A stretch of 64,000 nucleotides of DNA from Squalus acanthias (lineage: Eukaryota): positions 310,001-374,000 of the forward strand of contig JASTWF010000259.1 of NCBI GenBank assembly GCA_030390025.1, read 5' to 3'. Position numbers and translations under genes: made by a program. Shown here piece after piece: positions 61,305 to 64,000 of this stretch. The notes under the pieces were generated by a model. The model was not told where the DNA came from and ran no database searches. It worked only from the letters and a program-made list of their open reading frames with translations. The first letter of the stretch is position 1. Every line of letters begins with the position of its first letter.

Positions 61305-63842
61305 GTCCCTCTACAATCTCCCATCCAACAGTCCCAGGACAGGTACAGCACGGGTTAGATACAGAGTGATGCTCCATCTACATTATCAGATCAAACACTC
61401 CCAGTGCAGGCCCAGCACGGATTAGATATAGAATAAAGCTCTCACTACACTGTCCCATAACACACTTTCAGTGCAGGGACAACATGGGTTTGAACAGAGT
61501 AAACCTCCCTCTACAATGTAGCATCAAACACTCCCAGGGCAGGTAAAGTACAGGTTAGATACAGAGTAAAGCTTCCTCTACACTGTCCCATCAAATTCTC
61601 CCAGGGCAGGTGCAGCACGGGTTAGATACAGAGTAAAGCTCCCTCTACACTGTCCCATCAAATACTCCCAGGGCAGGGACACCCCGGGTAAGCTACAAGG
61701 TAAAGCTCCCTCTACACTGTCCCATCAAACACTCCCAGGGCAGGTACAGCACGGGTTAGATACAGAGTAAAGCTCCCTCTACACTGTCCCATCAAATACT
61801 CCCAGGGCAGGGACACCCCGGGTAAGCTACAAGGTAAAGCTCCCTCTACACTGTCCCATCAACCACTCCCAGGGCAGGTACAGCACGGGTTAGATACAGA
61901 GTAAAGCTCCCTGTACACTGTCCCATCAAACACTCCCAGGGCAGGTAAAGTATAGGTTAGATACAGAGTAAAGCTCCCTATACACTGTCCCATCAAACAC
62001 TCCCAGGGCAGGTACAGCACGGGTTACAGACAGAGTAAAGCTCCCTCTACACTGTCCCATCAAACACTCCCAGGGCAGGTAAAGTACAGGTTAGATACAG
62101 AGTAAAGCTCCCTCTACACTGTCCCATCAAACACTCCCTGGGCAGGTACAGCACGGGTTAGATACAGAGTAAAGCTCCCTCTATCTCACCCATCAAACAC
62201 TCCCAGGGCAGGGACACCCCGGGTTAGCTACAGGGTAAAGCTCCTTCATCACTGTCCAAAATCACACACCCACGGCAGGGACAGCATGGGTTAGAGACAG
62301 TGTAAATCTCACTCTACACAGCCCCATAAAACACTCCCATGACAGCTACAGCGTTGGTTACACACAGAGTAAAGCTCCCTCTACACTGTCCCATCCAACA
62401 TTTCCAGGGCAGATACAGCACGGGTTAGATACAGAGTAAAGCTCCCTCTACACTGTCCCAAATCACACACACAGGCCAGGGACAGCACGAGTTAGATACA
62501 AAGTAAAGCTCTCTCTACACTGTCCCATCAAACACTCCCAGGGCAGGTACTGCACGAGTTAGATACAGTGTAAAGCACCCTCTACAATGTCCCATCAAAC
62601 ACTACCAGGGCAGCTACATCACGGGTGAGATATCGAATAAAGCTACCTCCGTACTGTCCCGTCAAACACACCTAGGACACGTATAGCACGAGTTAAATGC
62701 AGAATCATGCTCCCTCTACACTCTCCCAACAAACACTGGCAGCAGGGGTTAGATACAGAGTAAACATCTGTCTACGCTGTCCCATCAGAGAATCCCAGGG
62801 CAGGGACACCATGGGTTCGATGAAAAGTAAAGCTCCCTTTACACTTACCCATCAAACACTCCCAGGGCAGGGACAGCACGGGTTAGATACACCTTAAAGC
62901 TCCCTCTACACTGTCCCATCAAACACTCCCAGTGCAGGGAAAGCACGGGTTAGCTAAAGAGTAAAGCTCCCCTTACACTGTTCCAAATCACACACCCAGT
63001 GCAGGGACAGCAAGGGTCGAATACAGAGTAAATCTCCCTCTATACTGTCCCATCAAACACTCCCATGGTAGGTATAGCACAGGATAGATACAAAGCAAAG
63101 CTCCCTCTACACGGTCCCATCAAACACTCCAAGGCCTGGTACAGCACGGGTTAGTTACAGAGTAAAGCTCCCTCTACATTGTCCCATCAAACACTCCCAG
63201 GGCAGGTACAGTAAGACTTAGATACAGAGTAAAGACCCCTCTACATTTTCCCATCCAAAACTCCCAGGGCAGGGACAGCACGAGTTAGATACCGAGTAAA
63301 GCTCCCTTTACACTGTCCCAAATCACACACCCAGGCCAGGGACAGCACGAGTTAGATAACGCGTAAAGCTCCCTCGACACTGTCCCATCAATCACTCCCA
63401 GGGCAGGTACAGAACGGGTTAGATACACTTTAAAGCTCGCTGTATACTGTCCCATCCAACACTCCCAGGACAGGTAAAGCACGGTTTAGATACAGAGTAA
63501 ATCTCCCTCTACACTGTCCCATCAAACACTCCCAGGGCAGGTACAGTGCAGTTTAGATACAGAGTAAAGCTCCTTCTACACTGTCCCAGCAAAGTCTCCC
63601 AGTGCAGGTACAGTACAGGTTAGATACAGAGTAAATCCCCCTTTACACTGTCCCAGCAAAGTCTCCCAGTGCAGGTACAGCACGGGTTAGATACACAGTA
63701 AAAGACCCTCTACACTGTCCGATCAAACACTCCCAGGGCAGGTAAAGTACAGGTTAGATACAGAGTAAAGCTCCCTCTGCACTGTCCCAACAAACACTCC
63801 CAGGCCAGGTACAGCACGGTTTCGATACAGAGTAAAGCTCAC
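61305..63842 (+). repeat. 67-bp satellite array
   Basis: Tandem units. Confidence 0.96.
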
Positions 63843-64000
63843 AGAATCATAGAATCCCCACAGTGCAGATAGAGGCCATTTCGGCCCATCGAGCCTGCAC
63901 CGACACATATCCCACCCTATCCCTGTAACCCCACGTATTTAATCCCCCTAACACTAAGGGTCAATTTATCATAGCCAAATCAACCTAACCCGCACACCTT
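63843..64000 (-). mobile_element. V-SINE (HE1-like) 3' end
   Basis: 63950-63995 is the reverse complement of ~6712-6760; agaatcatagaatc tail. Confidence 0.8.

Overview
Eukaryotic, repeat-rich genomic DNA from a cartilaginous fish (shark-like). The centrepiece is a complete, apparently intact, unrearranged IgM heavy-chain cluster on the minus strand (10612-28674): leader, VH, D1, D2, JH, CH1-CH4, secretory tailpiece, TM1 and TM2. Splice phases are all consistent and RSSs follow 23 | 12-D1-22 | 12-D2-12 | 23. Facing it tail-to-tail on the plus strand, and visible in the ORF track only as an unlabelled partial peptide, is a decayed VNAR-type (IgNAR/NAR-TCR-like) cassette. It comprises a frameshifted V with a 22-bp-spacer RSS (2027-2273), a long, possibly D-fused J with a 12-RSS and a perfect donor (3349-3442), and an orphan V-type RSS (7533-7574). 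The rest of the window consists of CR1/L2 LINE fragments, DeuSINE and V-SINE copies, Penelope-like elements carrying minimal hammerhead ribozyme motifs, several minisatellites (21, 27, 52 and 67 bp), a ~12-13.5 kb tandem segmental duplication and one assembly gap. All calls are by eye. No database search was run and repeat boundaries are approximate.
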